DNA from: Chloropicon primus
Lineage: Eukaryota
Assembly (NCBI GenBank): GCA_023205875.1
Contig: CP060757.1
Location: forward strand, 496,001 to 560,000
Direction: 5' to 3'
DNA length: 64,000 nt
The notes beneath the pieces were generated by a model. It worked only from the letters and a program-made list of their open reading frames with translations, was not told where the DNA came from and did not search any database. Both the position numbers and the translations under genes were made by a program. Of this stretch, positions 52,164 through 62,243 are shown one piece after another; the first letter of the stretch is position 1; the number at the start of each line of letters is the position of its first letter.

Positions 52164-54362
52164 ATGGAGAGGGCGGCGAGGGCTCGCCGGTGGGGACCGA
52201 AGGGCGCTGTGTTGAGAGACAGGCCGGCATTGAGGGGGAATGGCTTGGCAAGAGCGAGCCAGGCAGAGGCCAAGACTTGGAAGGAGGGCTACTGGGGGAC
52301 AACTGCACGCCAGCAGAACGGAGAGGGGAGAGGTGGGAGGCCGGGAGTTGACGCGAGTGTGGGCGCGACGACGAAAGGACGGGATGCTGAGCAAGGAAGG
52401 CAAAAGGAGGGCACATCAGTCACGAAAACGGTCGTGACTGATGTTGTGGCACCAAGACAAGCTCCTGGAGGCGGTGGGCTCCGCAGCTCCCTCCTCCTTG
52501 GCGTGGCCGTCGGAGTTGCGGCATCTGTAAGTGTTCTCCACGCGGCAGGGAAAAGGAAGAGCGGGCGTTCTTCTCTGCACTCTCCCACGGCCGAAAAAAC
52601 TGACAGGCGCTCTGGTACACCTCAGTCTTTCCTCAAGCTCAAGTCCAAGGCAAAGGAGAAGCACAACAGGATGCACTACCTGAGCACGAGTCCGGGGGAC
52701 TCTGCGGTCTTGTCGGTGCCGCAACCTTCCACGCCCGCTCAGAGTGTGGAGTTTGCGCTGAACTCCAACTCTGGTGTCAGGCTCGACGAGATAGAAGAAG
52801 ACATCGACAGGCTTTACGCGGGGCTTGAGAAGATGGTCGAAGAGAGTAGGAAGACGAACCAGAGAGTGAACAGAGCAGTGGCAACGAGCAGCGGCCAGAG
52901 CGAAAAGGTGGACACCGAACGCCTCGAGCGCGACCTTTCGATTGTGAACGAGGAGCAGAGGAACAGTCGCCAACTCCTTTCGGAGCTGGAGAGGAAACTG
53001 GAAGAGGTGTCGAGGGGAGCGACCGAGCAGGAGAACAAGATGGATTCCCACGTCGAGAAGACCACAGAAGGCTTTCAAGACGCGATCGAGGCCCTTGGCA
53101 TCATGAAGGAAAAAATTGAAAACTTTGAGTCCAAGCTGGAGCAGTTGGAGCACTGGGGTAGTGGCTCCACCGACACCACCATGGACACCATTGCAGAAAG
53201 GCTGGATGAGGTGGAGAAAGAGAGGTGGGTGTACCTCGAGTCTGCTGCGGAGCAAACCAAGAGGATCGACGAGTTCGGGAGGGTGCTAGAGGACTTGTCG
53301 GACAAGAGCTCTTTTCTGTCAGATGAGGTCAAGCAGCTGAAATTATCGACGGAAGAGACCAAGGGCATTGCCAGGGAAAGCGGGGGCATTCTGCGTGACA
53401 TCCTTAGCAGGGAAGTGAGTGCGAGCGCCAGGAGAGATCCGAACTTGCCTGATCTCGGAGAAGCACCCGCGGGTGTTAATGATGCCGCAGGGCTTGGTGA
53501 TCAAGGGAAGGAGGAGACCACAGCGATGGAGCTGGAGGTGGCTTCCATCAAGGAAGCACTCGAAAGCACTCAACAGGGGATGAGAAGGTTAGAGAAGGAG
53601 CTCTCCGAGGTCAGAGGCAGCGTGCAAACCATGGTCGACACCAACAGGTTCTCGATTTTCCTTCGCAAGTTTTACATTGCTCTCCAAAAGCACCTGGAGG
53701 AGAATGCCTTGAGCCTCCAAGACGTTTTCAGCAAATACGACAGGGACAAGGACGGGTCGCTGGCAGGCGGCGAGCTGGTGCGGATGCTGGAGGACCTCCT
53801 GCCGGACTCGAGGGAGGACGAGCGCAAAAGCCTCGTCTTCTTCCTCGATCCCCTGGCCGAGGGCCGAATTCATTACGGCAAGGTGTTGCAGAACACCTCA
53901 AATGTTTCGGGAAAGAGCGGGGGCTTTCACACCGTCAAGTTCACCATGAAGTACTTCACCCCGCCAAACCAGCACATCAGGATTTGCGGGGCTCACGAGG
54001 ACCTCGGGTGGTGGAGCGTTCTCGAGGCCCCCCGCTTGTACGAAGTCGAACACGGCTCGTGGGAGGCCACTCTGTCCCTCCCTGGATCCACGCTGTATGA
54101 ATACAAGTACGTGGTCTGTGACAATGACGAGGCGTTGGAGTGGCTTCCTGGCTCCAATTTGGTGCTCGAGCTCCCGCCTGGACAGCCGTTGGAGACTCGT
54201 GTGAACGGAAACGGGAGCAGCGCAAGAAAAGAAATCGTGGTGAAAGACAAGTGGAATGCACACCCGTCAGGGGAGCCGCTCAGTTCCACCGTCAACACGC
54301 GTTCCAATATTCTGCGTATGCTCTCCGCTGTGGGAAGTCCTCAAGACCTGTCCTCCCCCTGA
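52164..54362 (+). CDS. Probable plastid protein: hydrophobic segment, long coiled coil, EF-hand and C-terminal CBM20 starch-binding domain
   Basis: DRDKDGSLAGGE loop; VKFTMKYFT...Q.I.I.G...LG.W....A..L......W......P.....EYKYVV......EW.PG.N. Confidence 0.75.
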   Translation: MERAARARRWGPKGAVLRDRPALRGNGLARASQAEAKTWKEGYWGTTARQQNGEGRGGRPGVDASVGATTKGRDAEQGRQKEGTSVTKTVVTDVVAPRQAPGGGGLRSSLLLGVAVGVAASVSVLHAAGKRKSGRSSLHSPTAEKTDRRSGTPQSFLKLKSKAKEKHNRMHYLSTSPGDSAVLSVPQPSTPAQSVEFALNSNSGVRLDEIEEDIDRLYAGLEKMVEESRKTNQRVNRAVATSSGQSEKVDTERLERDLSIVNEEQRNSRQLLSELERKLEEVSRGATEQENKMDSHVEKTTEGFQDAIEALGIMKEKIENFESKLEQLEHWGSGSTDTTMDTIAERLDEVEKERWVYLESAAEQTKRIDEFGRVLEDLSDKSSFLSDEVKQLKLSTEETKGIARESGGILRDILSREVSASARRDPNLPDLGEAPAGVNDAAGLGDQGKEETTAMELEVASIKEALESTQQGMRRLEKELSEVRGSVQTMVDTNRFSIFLRKFYIALQKHLEENALSLQDVFSKYDRDKDGSLAGGELVRMLEDLLPDSREDERKSLVFFLDPLAEGRIHYGKVLQNTSNVSGKSGGFHTVKFTMKYFTPPNQHIRICGAHEDLGWWSVLEAPRLYEVEHGSWEATLSLPGSTLYEYKYVVCDNDEALEWLPGSNLVLELPPGQPLETRVNGNGSSARKEIVVKDKWNAHPSGEPLSSTVNTRSNILRMLSAVGSPQDLSSP

Positions 54363-54546
54363 AAAAACTTGTCCGTTTGCTCTAAAGCTGATATCATGAT
54401 GTTGTGTATTATAATGTGTGTATCTCTTTTGAAAACAAAACAAAGACTATTGTTACAAACAAGTACCCCTCATATGGCAAAACTGTTCCAGGCAAGCCCG
54501 CCTGTCCCCTTCCCCCGTTCTTCCTGTTGTTCCTCTGGAAAAAAAA

Positions 54547-55661
54547 TTAAGCAAAAAACCCCTTACACGACTCGTATGTCATCCAAGAGATAGCCGCGGC
54601 TGGTACGTGAAACATGATCCTGGGGATCATCCCGCGCATCAGCGCACTGTACCCTTCGTTCTTCACGATGTTATTGAAAACAGACATGGAGGACAAGGAA
54701 GTCTTCTCTGAACTGATAAATACGCTATCTGTCTGCTGCCTGGTCTTGACAACGTCGAGTGGGTTTGTTGCCAGGGCGGCGAGACCTCCAGCGAGACCTC
54801 CGGCCGAACACTGAACCTTCAGCCCCTCGTCGTCTGCGCTGTTCCTGAGGAACTTCTTGCAGCTCTCGTACGCCGCAAAGTGGATGGTCACGAAAGGCAC
54901 GTTCATAATCAGCGTCGTGTTGTATGACCTGAAAAAGGCGTTGATGCCCTCCTGCCTCAAAGTTTTGTTCACGCAGTCCATGAGGCCTACGTATGGACTG
55001 TTCGCGAGCTGAAGCCTCTGCTTCACCACGTCAAGAGGCGTCATGAAAGCATCGGCGACAACTGTCGCAGCAGCTGCTGCGAAGCCCGTCTCGAAGGGCT
55101 TGTGCTTGTCATCGTTCGTCACACCCAAAAAGCTCTTCATGTACTCGTACACCACAAAATATAAGCCGTGGGACGGCCCTGCCCCGATGGCAACAGCACC
55201 AACGCCACTGTACAACCCCTTGATGCCTTCGGTCCTTATGATCGAGCGCATAGCTAATCGGACGGTGCTCTCCACGCCGGCGCCTGGCACGGCCAAAGCC
55301 TGCATCCTCGTCTTTATCGTGTCGACGGGAAACATCGCGACGTGCTCCGTTATTCCGGCAGCAGAGCCCGCGACCATGTACTGCTCGCGAAAGAGAGCGA
55401 AAGACCCCAAAGTCGGTTCAGTAAACAGGGGAAGAAAAGAACGACACGTGTGCCGGCGTCAAATCCCAGGGGGTCGAGCCCCTACTCCGCAAGAGCGCCG
55501 CCGATCGATCCCTTCAGACTCACCTTCGAGAACGTCAACCCATCGTACGTCCGCATCACCTTCTTCGCGATAGCGCCGATCCTCCTCTTCTCCCCCCCCT
55601 CTCCAGCCCCCCTCTTCTCCCTCCCCCCTTCCGCCGCACACACGCTCGAGGTCTCCGGCAT
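54547..55661 (-). CDS. Mitoferrin-type mitochondrial carrier, 2 exons (intron 55381-55523)
   Basis: YDGLTFSK|YMVAGS.AG..EH.AMFPVDTIKTRMQ, GAGPSH..YF..YE, P.DVVKQRLQ, SY.TT..MNVPF. Confidence 0.92.
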
Positions 55662-56445
55662 GTTCCTTCGCCGTCAGCCTTGCCACAACAGGCCTCTTCC
55701 CTCGACACCCCAAGGGCGCCTTCACCTCAACTGAGGACCCCTGAGGACCCCTCCCCTCGTCGTCGTCGTCGTCGCCGAGCCAGGGCTCCTTCCCTCTTTC
55801 CCCTCCTCGCTTGGCCGCCGTTGTGGCCTCGCGCGAGGTTACCGATTGCATGGGTCTCGAAACAAGGCTCGAAAAAACGAGCAGCACGAGGACAAGGGGG
55901 GACAGGAGGAGGGAGGAGACGACCATTGGGTCGGGGAGGAGAGGAGAGGCAGGGCCAGGGCCAGGGCGTACATCCAGGATCGAGCGTTGCACAACTCGCT
56001 CAGCTCGCTCTTCCCGAGATCCGTGTAGTTCGACGCGATCCTGCACCCCACGACAGCTGTGTCGGCCAGGAGGAGAGGGAGAGGGGAGGGGAGGAGGCCA
56101 TTGGGGTTGGATCCAGGGGCACGAGGATGCTTCGTTCACTTTTTGCACTTCTCTGTGCGGGATCGAGCGATCGAGACGATCCCATCATCCTCAGAGCGAA
56201 GGAGGAACGAGAGTTGGTGATGGGACGTCCAAGATGACATCTTTTTTTTCTGTTCATGAGAATAATTCTCCTTGCCCAGTAAGCCTTGTGGAGACAAGAC
56301 AGCTGGTCGTCTATAGAGATGCAGCAGCTTGCGTCAACGGGAGAGCTAAGCTATGCTGAGAACGACGACGAGACAGAGGAGCATACCAACGGGTGGTCGA
56401 GAGCACGAGAGAGACGAGAGAGAGAGAGAGAGAGAAGAGAGAGAG

Positions 56446-57205
56446 ATGGGTTTCGGCGCAGGACTTTTGAAGTTGACTTCCGCGCTGTCAGTGGTGAGTG
56501 ACGGAGTTCTTTCTTTCTTTCTTCTTCTTTTCCTCGTTCTTTTTTTTTCGATCTTGTGGCCTTGCTTGTCCGTCTCGCCGGCGCTGCAGTGCGCGACGCC
56601 ACGAGGAGAAGGAAAGAACTCTGCTTCAGCAACGAGGGGACTGACTCGAACGCTTCCTTTCGTCTTTTTCCCTTCTCTTCTATTCTATTCGCCCTGCAAA
56701 GATTGTCTCGATAGTCCTTATCGGCGTTTCAGGATACGTTTACCACAAGCAGGACCCACACCTCGGGCAGATAGCCTTGGCGAGGATCGCGGTCCAGGGC
56801 TCCCTCGCTCTCGGGGTTCTCATCTTCATCCTTTCCGTCGTCGGATACGCGGGAGCGAGCTCGAAGAGCAGGTGCCTCATTTACCTATTCTTCGGCGCCT
56901 TGCAGACCGCGTTTGCAGGCATCGTGGCCATCACGGCGGCACTCTACACGGGCATGCCTTGGATCGACCAGCAGCTCGAGACCCTCTGCAAGGAGCACCC
57001 CTGGGAGAACTGCACGGACCAGGTTCCCAAAATCGAGGCGACCATGAGGGACCACCTCACCCTGGTCAGGACCATCTCCCTTAGCATCTGCGTCTTTTTG
57101 TTGGGAATCATCCACGCCTCTTTCTGGGCCGTGAGCGAGTCCAAGAGGTCCGCCTACCAGGAGCTCCCATCCTACAACAAGCCCAACACCTTTGTGGTTT
57201 CTTAA
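56446..57205 (+). CDS. Tetraspanin-like four-TM protein, 2 exons (intron 56494-56701)
   Basis: Four hydrophobic helices, LSVVGYAGA....RCL..Y motif; in-frame splice junction. Confidence 0.7.
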
Positions 57206-57372
57206 AGGTGTGCGCACACCAAGCCCGGGGGAAAAAAACTTTTGTACTTTGAACATGTAATACTTTTGACAAACCGCGAACAAAGGAGCCCTGCTGCCGT
57301 CGCCTGTGTCTGGGAAAGCATACATTAAATGGTAAAGTTACAAGGCAGGGAGGATCCCGCTGGGCAGGCTCT

Positions 57373-59006
57373 TCAAAAGATCTGTCTCATGCCCTTTCCT
57401 TGAAGAATGTTGGAGTTCAGAACCTTTTCGCTGTGGGGCATCTTGTCCGCGGCTGCCTCGTACCTCTTCGACGCGTCTCTCTTCATCTGGGCGATGATGT
57501 CCTGGCTGTACTGCAGGTTCTTCTCCTTGACCCTCCTCGCCTTGTCCTTTGCTTTCAGGGAGTCCTCCTCTATGCTTCGCTTGATTTCCCTGGCGTACTC
57601 TGCCCTCTCCTTCTCCTCCCTCTCCCTTGCCAGCTCGAGGCTATGGATCTGGGACTGGAGGTAGTTTTTCAGCTCCTTCTTCTGCTGGGACCGCTTCCTC
57701 GCGTTCAACTTCTCCATCTTGTTCACCTTCCTCTCGTGCTCCATTTGGTACTTCATGGCTCTCTCCTCGTCCTCCCTCTCCCTTGCCTTGAGGTCCTGCT
57801 GCAGGCTCTCGCCACCTCCCGCTCGGTACTTGGCCAAGATCTTCTCCTGATGAGCCTTGATCTCGGCTTCTCTCCTCTGGGCCCTCTCCTCTATGCTCCT
57901 CTCGTAGTCCTGCATCAGCTTGACTTCCTTCTGCTGCTCATCGAGCCTCTTGAGCTCTTTTTGCCTCAGCTTCTCGATGTTCTCCTTCTGAACCTTGGCC
58001 ATCTCGACCCGCTTGTCCTTCTGGGCCTGGGCCTTCTTCTTCTTGATCTCGTCATTTTCCAAGATGACTCTCCTCAGGAACGCCTGGTCCTCCTTGAGCT
58101 GCTTTGCCTTGTCGGAGGCCAGCTTCTTCTTCTTCTCCACCACCTGCTGGGCCCTCTCCTTCTTGGCCTTGATGGCTTTTTGGTACTCGACGACGGCTTT
58201 TTGCTCCTCTTCGATTTGATATTCCACCACCCTCTTGGCGATATCCTCGCCCTCGCGGTACTTCTCAACGAGCTCCTTCTTTCTGATCTCCCGCTTGACC
58301 GCCATCTGCTCCTCAAGCTGCTTCTTGATGGCTTTCTGCTCGAGCTTCAGCTTGGCCTTCCTGTCGATTCTCTCCTGCCTCGCGGCCTCGTCCGCCTGGA
58401 CGGCTATCATGCCGTACTCATTATTCGTGTTCTGCTTTGCGAGGAGCTCCACCCTGTGGACGGGGAGCGTCCACAGCGAAGGCTTATCGCTGACCCCGCT
58501 TGTTGTCGACAACTGGCTATCTTTCCTCGAAGGTGCTTTCGGAGTCGGAGCCTTCTTCGTTCTCTTGGGCACGCTTGCCGTGATGGCGTCCTTCACCTCC
58601 TGCTTCAACCGCTCCAAGCCCTGCTCGCTATTGTCGCAGCTGTGCAAGAAGGCATCGCACAGCGCAATTGCCTTGTAGAACTGCTTCGACAGCGCCGGGT
58701 TGGCGCTCACTCCCTTCAACTTGGAAACCAGCTGAACCTGAACACGTCCAAGAGACGGATGAAAAATCAAACACCACAAGGAAAACGCGTTAGTTTCAAA
58801 GAAAGGACTTCAATTCATCAAAAACTTCGGACAAAAACTTCTTGAGCTCCCTTCCTCAAGGACTTTCCTTCGAGTCAACCCAAACACTCCTCGGGACTTG
58901 CTCCAGGCCAAGCTTTCTGGTTTCTCCCTCGCACAGTCAGTCAGTCTGTCAGTCTTACCCTCAGCCTCTCCGCGGCGTGCCCTGCCGCTGTTCTAGGAGG
59001 TGCCAT
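57373..59006 (-). CDS. E/K/R-rich coiled-coil protein (TPH type, probable axonemal protein), 2 exons (intron 58738-58958)
   Basis: MAPPRTAAGHAAERLR|VQLVSK in frame; ends in MPHSEKVLNSNIL. Confidence 0.7.
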
Positions 59007-59822
59007 TCCCACCTACGCCTCTCTCTCTCTCTCTCTCTCTCTCAACCTTCCTCTCCAATGCCCGAGAGTGTCAAGTGTTTCAAGTGTCAAAGTCTCTCTC
59101 TCTCTCGCTGACCGAAACTTTTCGGTCACAACGGTTTCGGAAATCTTTAAGCCTTGGGAGGGAAATCTTTGGGGGAAACAAGGTGGGGATCTTCTTCAAC
59201 TTTTGGGGGGGGAACGCTGGAACGCAACCCGCGAGATCAGATCCCTTCAAGTCTCTTTCTCTTTCTCTTTCTCTGTCTCTCTCTCTCTCTCTCTCCTTCA
59301 TGAATCATGATGTTGTTGCTCTTGTCTGTCTGTTGCTCTTTCGTTGGAGCATCACCAACGTGATGTTGGCAACATCAGAGCGTCTCTTTCGAAAGAGCAA
59401 GAGATGACGCTTCCCCCTCTCACTCTCCTCTCTCACTCTTTCACCTCCCTCTCTCTCCCTCTTGAAGCGACCCCCCTTTGTTCTCTTCCTCTTCGTGTTT
59501 ACGTTGAATCATAACGGCCGAGCACGAGGGCGAACGAGGAGGACGAGCACGAGACGAGAGAGAAACAAACGAGATCCCTCCCTCTGTCCTCTCGATCCAT
59601 TGCCATCTCGGCGTCAGTGTGCAGCACCGTGGACGGAGGCGCAGCGAGCTCCACCATCCCAGCCCCCAGTCTTGGCTTGGGTTGCCCCACGATCGGCTCC
59701 ATCCTCTTCAGCGGGCTACTGCTGAGCCAGAACGTACGTAGTACGCGGAGGAAAAGCGCGGCGGCAGGTGTGGTTAGTGCCTTCGCAAGGATTGGGACGA
59801 GTCCGCGTGTTATTACACGGTC

Positions 59823-60254
59823 TTATTCGCCGTTCAGGGCCTCGTTCATGTCCAGAAATTCCAGGGCCCTCCTTTGGGCGTCGGTCTCGCTCGGGTTGGT
59901 CGTGTGATTCCAGTAGGTGATGCAGGGAGAGCCTCCCACGGCCTCCCACGAGCTCTTGCTCCCTTCCTGAAAGTCTCCCCCCTCGTGGCGCTTCTCCAGC
60001 ACGACAGCAGAATAGCCTTGCGGCAAAGGGAGCTCCGTGCCCTTGAGGTGCCTCCCCCTCAGGTACGCCTCCTTGGTTCCCTCCTTCGTCGTCACCACCG
60101 AGCTTCTGAAGTGTTCCTCCATTCCTTTCGCTTCCCCGTCGTAGTCTATCCCGCAAGGCAGCCAGTGCACCTCCCTCCCCTCCCCTTCCCTCGAGCACGA
60201 AGTCAGGTCCATCTCCCTCTTCCTCCCCGCCCTCTCCTCGTACCCCGTCGCCAT
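59823..60254 (-). CDS. RNASEH2C: Ribonuclease H2 subunit C
   Basis: VHWLPC.I.YDGEA, EAYLRGR.L.G....LPQGYS..VL, ITYWNH...PS..D. Confidence 0.92.
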   Translation of the reverse strand: MATGYEERAGRKREMDLTSCSREGEGREVHWLPCGIDYDGEAKGMEEHFRSSVVTTKEGTKEAYLRGRHLKGTELPLPQGYSAVVLEKRHEGGDFQEGSKSSWEAVGGSPCITYWNHTTNPSETDAQRRALEFLDMNEALNGE

Positions 60255-60408
60255 CCTCCCTCCCCTTGATCACACCTTCAAGCTCCAAGAAGAAGAAGAA
60301 AAAAAAGAAAAGAAAATAACCGGACGAGCCACTACAGTTCCAGCACGCCTTCAGGGTTGCTTCCTTCCCCTGTGCGAACAACTCCTCCCCTTCTGCCTTG
60401 CGTTTTTT

Positions 60409-60419
60409 TTTGGCGGGAA
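60409..60419. promoter_or_regulatory. E2F-like site (TTTGGCGGGAA) in the divergent RNASEH2C / WD40 promoter
   Basis: Consensus match next to a DNA replication/repair gene. Confidence 0.55.
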
Positions 60420-60447
60420 GATTTGGTTTGGTTTTCTCTTCGCCTTT

Positions 60448-60479
<32 letters not shown>

Positions 60480-60780
60480 GAACGGAACGGAACGGAACGA
60501 GCGCGAGGTGTGTGTTGTGTGTGACAGAAGGACTCGGTCGGTGCGAAAAGTGCGAGGCGAGTTGCGGCATCTTGGTCCCCAGCCGCCAGCACGTCAGAGG
60601 GAGAGCAAAAGGAAAAGGGAACTGGCTTTGGTGTTGGTGTTGGTGTTGGGCATCAAACAGCAAGACGTAACGACACTCGTTTGTGTGTGTGTTTGTGTGT
60701 GTGTGTGTGTTGTGTTGGTTTCCTCTCTTCTCTTCTCGGGAACTTTTTATTTGTGCGAAGGAGGAGGCTCGATCGAGAGG

Positions 60781-62085
60781 ATGGTGTCCGTGAAGCGTGA
60801 CGGGGTTGACGTGGGGTTGGCGGGAGTGCGGGGTGGCGCCAAGGCGAGTGGGAAGAAGGCGAAGACGGCTTTGGAGGATGCCGGGGTGGTGGAGGGGAGA
60901 GAGGGGGGCGGTGCTCCTGCGGGTCCCACAAGCAAGATGGTGGTGCGGACCGTGCTGAGGGAGAGCCACAACAGGGTGATCCGGAAGGTCGCTTACAACA
61001 GGACGGGCGCTCCCTTCTCGCGGGAGGCCGACCCCCTCGAGTCCTCGGCGAACCTCTTCGCGACCGTGGGCGGGAACCAGTGCACGGTGTACGACGGGAG
61101 GCACTTCGGGGAGTACATGGGTCTCGTGGTGCACTACGTTCACCAGGGGGAGGACGGGGGCGCGGGGGCGGAGCTGACCTCGTGCGCCTGGACGGACGCG
61201 CGGGGCCAGACCAACCACCCGAGGGGGGACGACCACGTCGTGGTGGGAACCAGCGACGGGGAGATCCTCGTGATAAGCGTGGTGGAGGCGGCCGTGACGC
61301 GGAAGCTGGTGGGCCACAAGCGCGAGGTCTTCCAGCTGGCGACGTCCGCGTCGTGCCCGGGCCGCCTCCTCTCCCTCTCCCGCGACGGGACCGTCAAGCT
61401 CTGGAGCACCTACGAGGAGAGGTGCCTTTGCACCTACAAGGTTGGCGCGCAGACCTCGTCCATCGCATGGAGCCCGGATGGGGCCTGGTTCCTGACCGGG
61501 TCGGCGGGCGGAGTCCTGTACAGGTGGTTCGTCGGACCCCACGGCGGCGACGAGGAGAGGGTGGTGGAGAAGAAGGCGGCGGGCAGCTTCGAGAAGCTCG
61601 CGGTGGAGGGCGTCGACCACAAGGACCAAGTCGACTCGGTGACTTTCGTGGGAGGGGACGGGGGGCTCCGCGCGATGACCAAGTCCGTGGACGGGAGGAT
61701 CTTCCTGTGGCAGGCTCCCGGCGCCGAGGACCCCGCGGACGGCGGCAGCAGGATCAAGGCCTGGAGGGTCCCCGGCTCGGTCAAGTGCTACTCCGACCTG
61801 GATGTCACCGGGGACGGCATGTACTTCACCGTGGGGAACAGCAGCGGCCAGGTCTTGGTCTTCGAGACTGGGGAGTCGGACTGCGTGGCCAAGCTCGAGC
61901 CCCACCGCGTGAGGGAGCAGGTCACGAGCTGCGCCGTGTCCGATGACCACGAGGACGTCATCGCGACCCTCGGAGACGGGTACCTGTTCCGGTACAGGCA
62001 CCTCCCCGAGGGCCTCCTCGCCCAAAAGGAGGAGCAGGAGAAGCAGCAGGAGAAGCAGGAGGAGGAGGAGGAGGAGGAGGGTTAG
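60781..62085 (+). CDS. EED/FIE- or LRWD1-like WD40 protein
   Basis: LRESH...I..V.YN, NLFATVGGNQCTVYD, ELTSCAWT, L.GH..EV..L, LLSLSRDGTVKLW, TKSVDGRIFLW, VGNSSGQV.VF. Confidence 0.72.
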   Translation: MVSVKRDGVDVGLAGVRGGAKASGKKAKTALEDAGVVEGREGGGAPAGPTSKMVVRTVLRESHNRVIRKVAYNRTGAPFSREADPLESSANLFATVGGNQCTVYDGRHFGEYMGLVVHYVHQGEDGGAGAELTSCAWTDARGQTNHPRGDDHVVVGTSDGEILVISVVEAAVTRKLVGHKREVFQLATSASCPGRLLSLSRDGTVKLWSTYEERCLCTYKVGAQTSSIAWSPDGAWFLTGSAGGVLYRWFVGPHGGDEERVVEKKAAGSFEKLAVEGVDHKDQVDSVTFVGGDGGLRAMTKSVDGRIFLWQAPGAEDPADGGSRIKAWRVPGSVKCYSDLDVTGDGMYFTVGNSSGQVLVFETGESDCVAKLEPHRVREQVTSCAVSDDHEDVIATLGDGYLFRYRHLPEGLLAQKEEQEKQQEKQEEEEEEEG

Positions 62086-62243
62086 GTTAGGGAGGAGGAG
62101 GAGGAGGATAGAGCAGCAGCAGCAGCAGCAGCAGCAGCCTTTCTTTCTTTTTGATCTAATGTGTAATCCATATACTAAAATTTTTCTTCTTCTTCTTCTT
62201 CTTCTTCTTCTTGGGGAGGGAGCCCGCCTCGAGCTCAGAGAAC

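Noticed and set aside
55680..56400. ORFs between mitoferrin and the tetraspanin-like gene
   Set aside because: Low-complexity promoter/UTR-like sequence with no convincing coding signal.
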